Below, piece by piece: positions 1-15,369 of a DNA stretch of 49,228 bases. The notes under the pieces are model-generated. The model made no database searches, had not been told where the DNA came from, and worked only from the letters and a program-made list of their open reading frames with translations. Location: the NCBI GenBank assembly GCA_003344405.1, contig NOWV01000026.1:620001-669228 (forward strand). The letters run 5' to 3'. The first letter of the stretch is position 1. Each line of letters opens with the position of its first letter. The position numbers were made by a program, and so were the translations under genes. This DNA comes from Trichoplax sp. H2 (taxonomy: Eukaryota).

Positions 1-1187
1 CATGTGTCTTACATGTATCATGGGATGTATCAATTATGGCTGAGTTACAAGCAGTTGGCCTTCTAGAACCAAGCCAAAAATTTTACTATCTTAAAAATAG
101 TGTTAAATTTCTGATTCAGGAGCTCCATTAATGCTTCAATGCCTTTATGGAATACGTATTTAAATCGCTATATCAAAATAAGTGCTAATTCGAATATTAT
201 ATACTTTAAACATATTTGAATAGTATATTAATCTCATTTATATTCTTGCATTCAGAATATTTGATAATATTCTATAAGGACATACTTTGGTACCACATAC
301 TTTAACAAAACGCGTGCAAACTTTTTATTCTTTCGAATCTTCTCGTTAAGGCTATTTCATATACTTGTAAAATATATTATGATAATTCTATTTGTATGAT
401 ATACTTATCTAAGATGATTTATAGAAAAGTAGGAAAGTGATATCAATACTTAATAATTATTATCATCAAAGTAATAAAAAAAGGCGATACCTCAATGGTA
501 TTATTTAATTGCAAACAACAAAATAACAACTCATATAAGTTACCCATAGTGTAGTATATAATAATTACTATTATATACATTGACACGATACGCGATGTCA
601 TCTGTACAAGTGAAACTGATTAACATAACTGACGCACGCTACGAAAGTAAAGATCATGTTACTCCTGCTAATAGTATTGCGCAAAAATGTAGATAAAAAT
701 TGCGCCAAAAACACAAGTGAACGACTTTTAAACTCTAACAGTGCTTTTAGATAAACTATGCATGAATTTTCATTAGTGATTACGATTACTAAAAAGTATT
801 ACCGTAACAATTTAAAAGCTAGTCAGAATACTCTAACAAATACTTAATATTACTACATAGCGTTTACTTTTAAGATTCACCAAGCAAACGAATTGATTGA
901 TTCATATGATTCTACCATAGTTAGAAATAGTAGAATTACTTCGTTTGTTAGGGTATAGAAGAACGCAACATGCAACTAAAGTCGTTTCTTTCTGATCTGT
1001 AATATTGTGAGCGTTCAGATATGGAGTGCATCTGTCTAAATAAGGTGATCACTATTGTTACTTTAATTAGATCTGTTCGACCGGAAAGAACGGCATGATA
1101 AAGAATAGAACTAATGACCAAGCGATATTCCAACTCTCGTAGATTCCAACAATATGAGATTTCTAATAGCTAAGCAATCTATGAGCG

Positions 1188-4100
1188 TTATGCTAGAAGA
1201 CTACGATATTTAGATGATTTTATGAATCTAGGATAAGAGTCAGTAGCCATTAATTCTTTGATGCATTTTTGACCTTGATCGAAAATGTTATTATCAATTG
1301 ATTCCATTCTTTTCCTGATATGACTTCTTGTTTTCGAATCTAAATTAATCTGTATTGTATAGAGTAACGATTATTTTGATTGCCTTAATGTTATTTTTAA
1401 AGTAACCCTAAAAATTTACTAATTTTAAAGATAGGGTAACATTTAAATATGAGTTGTCTAATGAATAATAACTTATATCTGTATGTTAATATATAATAGG
1501 TATATCCAAAATAACATGACAGCTATAAGAGATAAGTTACTATATTACATTCAAAATTCCTTTGTTTAATTTAGGATTAGCCAAATTTAAAAAATCATTA
1601 AAAACAAGGCAATTATTGGACAATAATAATTAATGTAATGTAATACTGAATATGCTAGAGAAAGAATCAAACAGTTCTTGTCCAAAAAATATTTTGTCAT
1701 TTTACAGAAGTAATATAATGACAGCCTAAATTTGGTTGATAAGAAACATAATGATTGTCTGCAAATGCAACATCACACCTAAACTACAGTATCACTTACT
1801 TCAGTTTTAGCTTTGCGCGAGACGTAAGTATCATAAATCCATTTGGCTCGGCTTTCGATTTCACCCTTATTATCTATTTTCCTAAATTCTTCACATGCCA
1901 ACCAAAATTTTATATTCTCATCACTAAATTCTGATTTTAAAAAGCGAGCGAAAGCTTCTATGCCATCTAAAATTCAAGTAGAGGTAAAGCAATCAATATC
2001 AGTGAATTTGAAATTCTGCTACAAAAGCTGCCGTAAACATAAAAGCTATATCCCTATTTCCAACAAATATTCCTTTCTACGGTATACTCGTAGTGTCTTC
2101 TGAGGAAATTATTACGCAATCTAACATAAAACAATAGTAGTTTAATAAACTAAAACATAAATAATGAGATAATTGTATATAATCAAGCGTTTATCCAGCA
2201 AGTATTTTTTCAAACAGTACGAACTGTGCTAAATATTTTGTTTTGCCGACAAAACAGTGGCTATGTTCATTAATTAAAAACAGTTTATGATATATACACG
2301 ATTGACGTTTAAAATTTTGTCTGTCAGCCTGTAAGATACTAAGTGTATCTGTAAACCTTGCAAATCTAATTTGAATACATAACTCCAAACATAGCAAACA
2401 ATAATATTCTTGTTAACTTTGTTGATATTATCGTCTTTTTTAGTGCTACATCAGTATTCTAAGGTATTTATAGAAGACTATACCGAGGATGGTTTAAAAT
2501 AAATAATTTCAAACGTGAACTATCGAAAAATTCCTACCGATGCAATATTAAATTTTTTGTTTAACTTAATACGTGTATCATATATACGGGTATATACTAT
2601 TATGGGCATTTGTTATTAGTTCTTTCCATTTAGATAGTAAATTGGATATACGTAGTAGGCTGTGCTGTTTGTCTTTGCCTGGAGCTAGCACAGAATTTGA
2701 TGTTAAACAATAATACCAAAATTGATCATCTTTATCGTGGTTTTAAAAAATTATAAAGCAACGTAGAAAACTACGACTACGATAGCCTTATGCGTGAGAT
2801 TTTATTAATAGGCTAAAATAAAATTGAGAGCAATACAGCATAGTTTTAACTCAATTAAATAAAATGAAAAAATCAATTCAAAAAAATAGTGAGACGGTTA
2901 CGATAGGACCACGTATTTTCAGTAGAAGTTAAAATTTAACGATATAAATCGTTACTTATTATTGTTAATGTTTTGCTATTTAACTTCTATGAAAAAGTTA
3001 ACGTAGAGCATGAGTTATATAATATTTCCTAATAATTATATTTTAAACAATAAACTGGCAATAATTATCTACCTATTAAAGAGTTAACTATGAGAAATCG
3101 AAAACATCCAATAGTACTTCATAGTTGATATTTTATATAATAAAATTAGGAGCAAAATAGTATTACACTATCATTTTGAGATGTATGTTACCAAAGTTTA
3201 TGTGCTGTAAGTATATCTTCGTCGAAAACGGAAGTTTGACTTGTATATCAATACTGGAAAATTTACATAATTTTGTTGAAAAATGCTAAAATATGCAATA
3301 CCTTAGTAGATGGTGTGTGATTTACGGAACGGTTACGCTTTAATAATTAATATGATGAATAATATTTTTAAATATTACGCGCTTACGTAGGAAAATTACA
3401 TAGCGAAGATATTTATTAATATGTAATTTGCGGTACGCAATAACAACGTACTATATTAGAGCAAAGACTTTGAAATGTGTTAAAAGGAGAATAAAAGATA
3501 ACTAATAATACAAGTATTTAATCGTATGATTACTTATAAAAATCCTGATAGTAAACGGGATGCTGTGATTGACGACAATATCTTTTTGGTTTATTAATAT
3601 ATCCCACTTGTGTATCAATCATAGCTAATATCACTATTTATTAATTTAATGTGACTTAATTATTAATTTGCTCATTCTTTCTTTGAAGTTTAATTCATTA
3701 CAGATGTTATTATTTGAAAAAGTGATGTCATCTAAATTTGAATAATTGATGAAAATTGACGGTATGGCAAAAATTATAATATGTTGCAAGCCAACAAATA
3801 TTATAGCTGACTGATTAAAATTCTCTCAAATAGCAATACGACAATTAGTATATATATAATGGAAGATTATCTACTCCAGCTTCCCTACTTTTCTTTAAAA
3901 TTTCAGTAATGATTTTAACTACCGTGAAATATTGCATGTTATTCATTTATTTCAGAGTTCTAACAGTCTTTCAATCAAAAGCTATCACAAATAATTATCA
4001 TATACATAATTTCAATTCGAGTCTGCTTACAGGACTATACTGCACGTATGATAGTGTAATCAGATAGATACAGTTAATTTAAGATTGATCGAGAATATCA

Positions 4101-7100
4101 TCAATGCAAGGAATTAGAATCATTGTAGCTGTAGTATTTGATAAAATTTTTTTCATATTCGTGAGGCGTTAAAGCAGCTTTAACCTTTCATGATTCAAAA
4201 TATAACTTGTCAGTACTCAGTAACACGTAGTATTGTGATTATTTTGGCACGCATTTGCGTATTAACATGCATATACAGATATAGATGATATTTGCCCATA
4301 GTTATTTCGACTGCTCGGTTATATTTATGAATGACAGCGCTACAATGTTAGAAGCAACATCTATGGCGCTAGCCGAGAAATTTACAGTTACGTTTAAGAA
4401 AAAATTTTCGATTACTTTAAATATATCTTATTTGGGCTCATAATTTACATATTACATACAGTATTTATGTTTTGAAGCCGCTAGTAAAAATTTATTGTAT
4501 GAATATCTTTGTTCATCAACAATCTCTTTTAATATGCTGAAAATTTCTGATTCTGTCAATGTTGTAGCGTACCAAATATTTCGTAGTAACAATTTAGCTT
4601 TGAAGTATTACTAACTGAAAAGGCTATTCAGTTGATTACGTGACATGCATTGCTTTGTGCAATGTTTACTTTCAATGTTACCAAGTCTGTTCGATATTCC
4701 TGAATTATACTAGGGCAATGCTCTAACTACAGGGTCTTTGGACTCTCTCTCATTTTAATTATATATCATAAGTATGATACGAGTTATCCAAATCTGAATT
4801 TACTTAATGAATTAACATAGACTTTTAGAAGGGCCATAACCATTATTAAAAACGTACAAGGTGTATCTTACTTCTACTACCAAAGGAATATATATTAATA
4901 ATGCATACGCACCATAGTATGTTTAGAAATAGGTGATTTTAAAATATTACTTTTTGCAGTATGATTTGGCTTTAAACAGGGGCCTATTTTGATTTTAATC
5001 CATCAAATCTAACACTTTTATCAAGAAAAATACCGTTACTAACTATTGCCATCTAGCGTAGATACCTTTCCAAGAAACACTATACTGTATTTGCAGTCAT
5101 ATTATCAAAATAATGTGGATACCATTCAAATTTAGCTATTTGACAACATTTTCTAGCTTTTCTAGTTATTTTAGACGTAATGATCTAGTGAAATCGATTA
5201 GCAATAAATAATAATGATTATATATTTAATTAATTAAGAAAATTACAGTAAGTTTCAAGATATTATCTGAAATAGCCATTGTATAATCATAGTTATTGCA
5301 TCTATAATACATTGCACTATAATTTTACATTATGTCTGGTACATCAATATTTTTCCAGTTAATAGCAATGGTATGATTGCATATTGCAATTAATCTGTAA
5401 AACTATTGTATGCTGTTATCTGTTTTTTACATTTTTCCTTCGGAGAGAAAAAAAGAAATATTGTCATGGTCTTCCTATTACTATAATACCACTATACTTT
5501 TTCCATATATATCACTATGAATAATGTTAAGTTAAATCTGATATCATTAGAAAATGATTAATTGTAATACTGTATTAAATAAATTAAGCGATATGATACT
5601 TGCTGAGTACAGTAAAGATCACAGCATTAACAACGAAAATAAATGAGCCCGTAAAGGATATAATTCATAGCTCGTACTATCTAAGCTTATTAATGTGATC
5701 TTATATCATTTTAGCTCACATTAGACTGGTACTGGTACTTGAATAGGCTACATTCTAGTAATTCATCAAAGAAATACTTGAATAATTCAACATACAAGTT
5801 CGTATTACATTTGAATTACTATGTTAGACCTACTTAATTATTATGAAGCCTCAAAAAAAGAAAATATAATACCTGATATTAATTGATCGATATATCGCGT
5901 ATCATCAGTATTTGTACAACACAGAGATTTGTTTAAACAAATCAAACCAAAGAAATTAGTAGTAAGACTTCAGTAAAATTTAAATTTACTTATAGCTAAA
6001 AAAATGTGTCAAAAGTATTTTTCATCTGTTCAGTTAATGATATCAAAAGTAAAAATTAATCGAAATGGAACTTCTTCGCAAGATTATTGCTCAGCGCAAA
6101 GCTCCAGTTGAGGGGGCATTACAGTTCACTTTGCGACATTTTCTTTGGCTAAGTGTTATACTTAATTAGATATTATTTTCTGCCTCATCTCTCTATACCT
6201 TTATATGCTCACAAGAAAAGTTAACATTTACTCTGTCTGCGCCTGATCGTAAAATATAATTTTTTAAAAGTTGTTTTCCCTTTTTCTAGTCGGAAAACTA
6301 TACTGCTGTATATCTATAAATTTTATAACACAATCATGTTTGCACGTGTCTCGTGCCAAATGTAATATCTAGGTTTAAGACTCTAATTTTTAAAGGGATA
6401 ATTGCAGTTTACTAGCTTTTCTAACAGTTAACTTATTAAAACTGTTACATCAAATAATAGTGATCGTCAGCTAAAGCATCAACGTAAATCGTAAGTAGCT
6501 AATTATAGTCATTTTGATATACACACATTACTGTAATAGATATTAAACATAGGAATATCCTTAAATTAATTTTACCAGTGATAGTGATGGAAATTAGTAT
6601 ATAGCTTCAGGAACTAAAAAAGGTGGGCCATTACTTACATCATCTATGCCTAGAAGACAATTTTTTCTTAATTTTATACGCGAGTATTAAATTTGTGCAT
6701 TTAACGCTTACTGTCGCACGTACTGTATTAATGTATGCTAAGCTAATGCTTAAAAAATAGCAAAAATACACTACATGAGCTAACTAGTATTAAAAAAATT
6801 TAATAGAAAGTTGTTACAACAATGTCAAATTGTATCGCTGATTTTAACTTATGAAATTCATCTTTTATGTTACGTGTATAATGCACTGCGAGCCTACCGT
6901 AGCATTTAATAATGCTTCTATAAATGAAAATGTATATTGTAAAATGCACAAAGTTAAAATATATATGTCGTTCTATGCCGAAGTGAACTTCTGTAGTCCT
7001 ATTTAACTAATTTTTGATGATACTCTCATAAATATGGATTAAAGAAGGCAATTTTACCTAAACTTTTATATTTTTTCTCTTTATTCACAAGATATGTAGT

Positions 7101-8403
7101 AAATTGACTTTCGGTCAAACAAAAAATATTACGACGTGAATGAGCTATTTACTTATGCGCAAACATGATATGGTAAATCTACATAGTACCGAACTGAAGT
7201 GTGATTGTGGCGCAAAATGGCAACGTGTTCAGTGAAGTAGTAGCGGATAGGGTCTAGAACACTATTTAGCACAAATAATTGAAGTCCGCTATTAGACAGC
7301 TTTTAGACACAATATTAATGTACTGCACGAATACATTTGAAATTTTTCAGGAGCTGTGAAGGCGTAAAGTGGTCAATAATTTTTTACTGACCACTTTTTA
7401 TCAATGCAACACAAAACAACTCAGTCTAATCCCAAAAAAAATGAAAGACCAATTTTACTTCTGTCGTTATTGATCAATAGCGCTTTTCATTAATACATGA
7501 TGTAAAATACTCTTACAACTTGAGATTTAATTGGTGACGGAATATACAGATATGCAGAAATACAGAAAGACAGTTATCGTTGATCTTAATAAAGACTCAT
7601 TGCTTTCTCGTCGTTACTTATGGCGTACGTACACTCTGTCTAATTATATTCAATACTATCTTACCAGCGTCTCTCAGTAAATCATCGAAAGAATGACCCC
7701 AAACTTTGGCTTTAGCAGCTAACGATGCCCTATATTTTATTTTTTGTTAGTTCGATTATTCAAACAAGCAAAACACAAAAGAAAAATTATTACATGATTA
7801 ATAAGTTTACTACATTAAAATGACGATAAAATAATATTTCTGCATTGATTTCAAAAGCTTCTACAATTAGCACATAATTTAGCAAAAATCAATGACTATT
7901 AACGAGTATAATAAAGGATAAGTGGTAGAAGGTACCCTCATTGAAAAACGCAAAAAATAATGCATAATGAAACTAATTTTGTCTCAATTACATTTTGGAA
8001 AAGCGAGATTTACTTCACTATTATGTAAAACAGAACTTAAAATTGAAAGCGAGTTGCGATAAGTAGTAGAGAAGAACGTATGAAACTATAATCAAGCTAG
8101 TTTCTTTGAAGTGAAACTGCATAAAAACAGCATATTTTAAACATGAGACTTGCTATTAAAATATAATGAATCTCTGTAGTAGATCGATTCTATCGTTCAA
8201 TTACAATTCTAGAAAGTAGTTCTAAAGAGAACTCATAAAAATTAACATTCCGTGCTTTTATCGTATCTTAATTTAAGTTTACTTCGTTAACTATTAGTGG
8301 CAATCTATATTTAACGAAAGCAAGGAGTGCTTCTAATGCTTTTAATATCTACAGTCTATAGTACACCTGTACTTGATGCGATTCCTTGACGTTCCGCCGC
8401 CAT
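1188..8403 (-). CDS. Small RGS-domain protein (regulator of G-protein signalling), spliced; N-terminus uncertain
   Basis: GT-AG exons in compatible phases: 7729(or 7718)-7665 (..AKAKVWGHSFDDLLRDA), 1966-1800 (DGIEAFARFLKSEFSDENIKFWLACEEFRKIDNKGEIESRAKWIYDTYVSRKAKTE), 1349-1188 (INLDSKTRSHIRKRMESIDNNIFDQGQKCIKELMATDSYPRFIKSSKYRSLLA*). Hallmark RGS motifs W..SF..LL, FLKSEFSxENxxFWLACEEF and DSYPRF. Tentative start exon 8412-8367 (ATG at 8403, MAAERQGIASST) joins in frame via the acceptor at 7718 to give about 139 aa. The RGS domain is firm; the start is not. Confidence 0.92.
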
Positions 8404-9334
8404 ATCAGACAACTAAAGGAAATATGTTATAGTAGTAACTTCATCTAGAAATCCGATTTTTCATACAATTTCTATCTGCAACGGTGATAATCGTACTTAA
8501 AATGTAAAGCCTACAAAATACATTGGGATAAGTTACTATTTTACTATCTCAGACATCTACACCTACTCGTGTGTATGACGAATAAAATACTGAATCGTGA
8601 ATTTTACCATCACTAGTTAAGGGTAGTACAGCTTATTATTGGATTCAACATGATGTTACGTTCGTATCTTTGAACGATTTTTACGAAATTTTTTTGAACG
8701 GGCAAATCACGCCTCGATATTGATCATTTACGATTTAAAAACATAGCTATGACGGTCTAAAGAAGTATATGCAATCTGTATTAAAAAAATTAAAAATTAT
8801 TCATATTATTGTAATGACAGATAACGAAGGAGTTTATGACATCCACTTACATTTGCTTGTCTTGTTGAAAAAACGATGTCAAATTAACAAGTTGTGATAA
8901 AATTCTTTCCTCTAGCCGATATTATCGACGGTGAAGTTTTAGTAGTTTCTGAATAATTAAATAAGCTGATTTTGCCTTTTTCTAAAATTGAAGAAAAAAT
9001 AGTAATGGCTATCAAGGGATTAACGGTTGAAAAAATTAATTTGAATGTGACTAGCGTCTCTAAACCATTCGCTTCCGTTAATACAATAATTACTGTGTGT
9101 ATTTCTGCACTATTACGATCTTATTATCATAAATGACAAAAACAAGGTAACAAACGACAGTAGCACAATCTTAGTTAATAAGAAGAAAGTGCATCTTAAT
9201 AGGCGAGCAATAGACAGCCCCTTTCAATTAGGCTGTGTTATTAGTATGGAAGCAAATAGGAATAAAGACTAGTAAAAATCAATAGTTTCCTATGAAATAT
9301 GTATATATATAATCTAATATCAAAAGGGGCTTAC

Positions 9335-12300
9335 CCTAGTCTTAGCGCCTTTTGGTACTAAAATAGGACTACTCTAGTAATTAGAATCGCATGAAAGACA
9401 CACAACATTCATCCATTATTGAATAATAATGGTGATATCAACCTCTTAGCATATTTTTATTAATAATTTGGATTATAATAGGCAATAGAAATAGACTAAT
9501 GCATTCAGTTAGGTTGTATCAAATCGAACTAGATTTCATACCAGTTATAGGGTAACAAATAAGACTTTTTTCTCTCAAATAGAATATCATTCTATTATGT
9601 TTATCGTCTATTATACTAACTGATCCGCATACAGCAAGGTTATTGTCTTGCTATATAAAATACTATCGCGTGTGTGAAGTTGATTATTGTTCGACGATTA
9701 TAAGTTACCTTTACTGCCCACCTCCTTATTCTACATGTTCACTGGATTATTGGAAAGTGAACGGCGTAACTTTATTGACATCATGAGCATTGTTTGACTT
9801 CATCACCATAATAATCAAAGCTGCCTTAATATTATCGATGGGATTGGCTAGGTTCGTATTCAACCAAGCAATTAAATCAATCAATCTAGTCAAACTGTTT
9901 ACACATCATCATTCTAATGCCGACACAAATCAAATAATTTCCTCCCCTTCAAGCCTTCTTTCTAGTCTTTGTGTCAATAAAGTCCTTTAGCATGCGTATA
10001 CATATACTATATCTTTCTATAACAAATTCATTTTACCTTTCTATTAATTTGCTACCTCATTATCTAGACCATAATATCCAAATTACTATAATACCGCTTC
10101 CTTTAAAGTAAATGTCATATTATCTTACTAAGGACTCCTTTCTTTATTCATAGTGATAATGATATTGCAGTTGGTAAGAATTTCAAAAAATAACTTAACT
10201 AGGCATGAACAGGTTACTAGTAAAATAATTCATAGTTAAATTTATTAAAAATATGTTCACTTTTAATTCTCAATCCTATTTTGACAGGGCAATACCGATA
10301 ACGTCAATTATACCCATATGCGCATCTAACCTATATAGTGGTAAATAGCCCACTACTATAATTGGTTTGAGGTGGGTATACTGCTACAATATACTCAACC
10401 TAAAGTTATCCCCATAGCAAATTTGACTACGGAAGAATTGATCATCCTATATGAAGGTCAAAATAAAATTGAGAGTGATAGTAATATTTTTAAATTGATT
10501 ACAAACTATGCCATTCCTTTCAAGCTATAACCGTGATTTACGTTACTTCTTAATTTAGTAGAAGCTATTATGTTCGTTGCTGACAAACACTGTGCACGCT
10601 TACAGTATCACCTGAAGGCGGCAGCACCATATTTGAGTTCAGTTACTGTAGTATACTATCTATTGTATTATAACAGTCCATCATGATCAAATTTAACAAC
10701 ATTCCCTACCGTTTAAAACTGCCGCTTATCGAAATATCTCTTATGAATAAAATAAGAATATTTCGATCCACTGATTGGGCTATTTAAGCACTGGATAAAA
10801 TTTTATTAAAATATCATTACATAAAGATAATCGTATATATATACAACCACAAATCTGCTAACTGTACAATAAGATTTACTCAATTTCTTTCTATTAGTTT
10901 TTTAACCGTACAATTGATCACCTTAATGATATTCGTATTGTTTTCGAACTAGAATAATGTTAACCCCTGCCTGATTCAAGTTGTTCAACTAACTATAGTC
11001 TACAGATTGCTGTTTTATGCTTCCCTCAGATCGTACAAACTTCCATTTTTCATCGATATCGTATCGACAGAATTTTCTATTCTATTCTATTTTATTCTAT
11101 GCTAAAATGTTAAAAAATTTAATTTTTTCTTAAAATCATATATTTCTATTGCAGGCCACAAATCACTATGACACTTAATTATTCTCGTTTATTCGTATTA
11201 GTTGTAACTATTAACTGCTATTTCAATCAGTTTTAGAGGGATAATAATAGCTGAAGGCCTGCACCTGATAACATATTTTTCGAAGAAATCAATTCACAAC
11301 GTATATCTCTAATGAGAATTTTATACCGTAGCTAGTTCAACTTTGTAAGATTCCCTACCGCATTATAATGATGCACGAGTAAAAGCTACCCAAATAATGA
11401 TCTACGAACCGATTGCGCATTATATCCATAGCCATAGCATTTTTGATTATATTTAAGATTAGCCATAATAACTGTTAAGCTTGCGTTTCAGTTTAATCAT
11501 GGGCAAAATAATACAAGTTATCACTCGGAATATTAATATTGGTCTTTCACTTGCAATGAATAAAATATTCAGCATGAACATATAAGCAATGAATTATCAA
11601 TTGTGGTAAATTTGTTACTAAAACTGAATAGAAATCATCAAGTAAAGGAATTGCCATAAGATTACATTTCCTTTGCAAATAAATAATGTTATTCGCACAG
11701 CTTCCTTTAATAGTCTACGGGTGTAATCTATTTTAAGAGGAATTCCGATTATATCCTATTATTAAAGTGTTAATACAACTAAGGTCTCGTTTGTACTTTA
11801 TTATGAGCTGAGATTGTTATGTTTTATCAAATTACTGTATTAAGAATTAAAGAAGCCTAATCTTATTTCGATCATCTGAAATGCATCGTTTTTTGTCAAA
11901 TAATTAAAAATGAAATATAATATTAACTTGAATGGAATGTTCCTTTTTCTGAAATATTTATGCCTCTAAAGAAGTTCTGGAAATTTTCGTAGACATTTAA
12001 ATTTTGACTATTGGACGCTCTTTTAGGTTTACTGACTTGAAATTGCATTTCAAAATAAAATAGAATAATACGTTCATTCTCGTTACCAATTTCATACCAA
12101 CTAGAAAGCTGGTAGGGAATGGTAACTATATTACAGAACAGGATTGCAATACTTAATACTACTCTTGATTATCGTGAGGTATTAATGTTTACGTGTGTCA
12201 CCTCTTTAAAGTTTAAACCAGAACTGCAGTAGCACTGTTCAATGTCAGAGCAACAAGAACAATGCTACTAAATTGAAAAGTTTTGTAATAATCGCAACTT

Positions 12301-13900
12301 GATTGCCATGTGCAGTCTTTGATGATAGATAAAGCCACTGAATGCTATCACACATGATTTCAATTCTAAATCTTTTATGAAGCTACCTTTCGGTAACTGA
12401 AATAATATTATAGTCTTTGGTCATCTTTAAATGAAGAGAATTTACTGATAACGTTATATAATTACTAAAGCTAGTAGCTGACTAAGAAAAAATAGTAATG
12501 ATTCATTGTTAATAGCGAAATTTTTATACAGTACATATAGAGACGAACATAGGTACCAAACACATTAAATAGGATAATAAAGTAGCTGTATAATAGCATT
12601 TTTAACCACCAATCAAGTATCTATATCATAATCTGCGAAGTTTAAGAAAGATTTAAGGCTGTTTAAAATGTAAAATTTTTTTACTAGCTTAATGAATAAA
12701 AAAGATTTATAGTTTCGTGTTACTGCTTATTTTCGTCACATATAGCTATTATTCGCTATTCTGTGTGCAGTGGATTTTAACTATTTATATCCACTAATCG
12801 TATTTATTAGTATGCTACAACTACAGTACTACTTAATTACCTAAGTTTATTCGTACTTTATATCTATCAATAATGAGTCTATTACAACAGAAAATAATTG
12901 ATGGTAAAAGTGATTTTAATTATTTAGGTATCTTTAAGTTGTATCTACTTGTTTTGCTAGATACTTAGAAAGATACTGCTGTAACCAGTGATTTTAAGAC
13001 TTATGGATTTGACCATCTTTTTTCATTATTAGCTAAAATGAGCTGAGATGTTTGCTCATTTTGACGTAGATAGTAGCCCTTTCAAATCGCACTTGTACGT
13101 ACATTGTTTATAGTCCTCTTCGAATTTTACTGAGATATAAATATATTGTTGAGAAGGGACTTAGATCACATAAACATATTTCAAAATAGATGATAAACCA
13201 TATCCATATGTCCACTTCCTCACGAGATAATATGGATAATTTGGAGACTTGGCTACAAGAGACTCTATTCAGATGCTTTATAATTTCTGGTGTGTAAAAA
13301 TTTCATTTTTAATGAGAATACCTATTCATAAGAATTCTTTAAAACGCTATGATGACCCTGAAGCAGTACGTATCTTAAAAATGAGATAACCCATTTACAA
13401 CGCAAATATTTTTTTAAATCGCAATAGAAAAACGGACTATGCAATTAGTTTAACAGTACAAAGATATTCCAATGTCTTACCTTGATAAGTCAGACCTTTT
13501 CGAATTTGTAGTGCAGACAATAGTACTGGTTATTTTAAAGCTAGTATGAAGTTATAAGCATAAAGCTGATGTTCGATTGAGCAGATCACCACGTGGTAAA
13601 GGATCTTTACCGTATCCAAAATTTTTATAACCTTTGGTTGATGGAATTGGTGATGTAAAATTGTCAAGAGAGATTGTTTACAAAGTAAATCTAACATCTC
13701 TTTATATATGGCAATGAATGGATGAAAGAGCTTGGACAAATAAATTCAGTTTCATCCAATGATAGTATGACATTAAAGACTACATCTTCAAATAAAGTTT
13801 GCAATAATACGATGATAAATATCCACCAGTATCAAAGCAAGCTGACCAACAAACTAATGACGTTAAAAAGAAAAGATATTGAAAATTACCCATTTTCGTA
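9335..13900 (-). other. Candidate upstream 5' exons of the RGS gene
   Basis: Minus-strand splice signals: 23-nt exon 9357-9335 (ctattttag|...agg|gtaagc), donor aag|gtaact after 9709, donor caag|gtaaga after 13481. The 13900 boundary is approximate. Confidence 0.35.
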
Positions 13901-15196
13901 GTCTTAAGATTATGTAGTGTCATTAACGCTTTGCCATAAAAGAATGTAAATTTTAAGAGTATCTATGCTCTGTAGGTATAGTGAATCTGTAACGCTACAT
14001 ATTCGTAAATTTTAATCAGTATATTGAATACATTTGAAATATACGTGAGTTGGCTATCCATATTTGAATTGGCTACCATATTGCACTATAGTTAATAACA
14101 GCAACTTTCGTATTGCCTTAAAAGGAGATATTTAATTTGTACGTATGCAAGCCATCTACACTCAGATTTATTGGTATTCTACACCGTACTAAAAAAGAAT
14201 AGCTTTTCTCATAGCCTTAAATTAGTCAGGATATCACTAAACAGTAACGATAACATCATAATGATGTGATTAGTAATAATAGCATCTTGAATTCTATAAA
14301 TTAAAATTGTTTTATCACAAATACAAAACTATTCAAATCAAGAATAAATATCGTAATCAATGCGGATACTTACTGTTAATATTCGTATAAGGATAACTTA
14401 ATAAGAAGCTCATTAAAACCATTGATTTACGAAGTATCACTGAAGCTCAAAGAATACTTACAGTATAAAAAGTATTTGTAATTATTGTAGCATATTAATA
14501 TGGCAAGTACAATGATAGCATATCTTTCAGCAATCTAAAATTGAGACCAAATAGCGTACGATACGATATTATTATCATTAAGTAATTTTCCTTGACATTT
14601 AAGTCTTACTTTAGCTTATAAATTGCTTTTGACCTGTTAAAATTCAGTATTATCTTGAAATTAGCCTTAATAATATTCTGTATCGAATCAGATTTTGAAA
14701 AATAATAAATTACGTAAACAAAACAATTCACAGTTTTGTTTATTTACAACTGCATGCATTCGTACTGCATATTTATACAATTACATTTTATGCATTTGAA
14801 CAGTTTTAGTAAGCAAGTCTGTAAACATGGTGTTTACAACATTGTTTGTGATTAGATACCATATCTGTATTTTCAGAAAAACAATTAGGTTGAATCTTAA
14901 AATGAATACAGCAAAAAGCATGAAAAGCTAGGAAATAAAATAAAAAGCCTTATTAGTCTGTAAAAAGGTTTATTTTTTTAAGAAGAGTTAGTAGACAGTA
15001 ATAGTTACTATATATTAGTGTGATGTAATTTCTCTTAAGGTAAAGATAAACTTGACTGATTGCAACTGTCGCGATTGTACGTCAATTTTGAAAACGCTTA
15101 TTCAAGTGACAGTTCGAATCTAGGATCTAAATGTCGACGATTTTCTTATTTTAACCCCATAGACATTAGATTTAAATCCAGGTTTGATACAAAAAC

Positions 15197-15260
15197 ACGA
15201 TTTTTGAATATCATGATATTGATATTCAAAAATCGTTTTTGAATATCATGATATTGATAT
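15197..15260. repeat. Perfect 17-bp inverted repeat overlapped by a 25-bp direct repeat
   Basis: acgatttttgaatatca (15197-15213) pairs with tgatattcaaaaatcgt (15220-15236) around a 6-nt loop; tttttgaatatcatgatattgatat occurs at 15201-15225 and 15236-15260. Confidence 0.9.
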
Positions 15261-15369
15261 AATTTTGCCTTTATCTGAGTAGCTTTTGGTCATATTAGCA
15301 GGCTTTCTAATTAATTATGCATACAGGCATATCACTTACTTACTTAAAGTGTAAAAAGATGATAGGTCA

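Noticed and set aside
1843..2103. 86-aa plus-strand ORF
   Set aside because: Antisense shadow of RGS exon 1966-1800.
9650..11154. Plus-strand TATA box, 66-aa ORF and splice-like sites suggesting a separate gene
   Set aside because: The ORF starts at TTG, no coherent spliced frame was found, and such motifs are common in AT-rich DNA.
13150..13893. Minus-strand fragments resembling a signal peptide and CUB-like FTSP/SPNYP words
   Set aside because: Frames are short and interrupted by stops, CUB Cys/Trp spacing is absent, and a 5' exon of the RGS gene explains the region at least as well.
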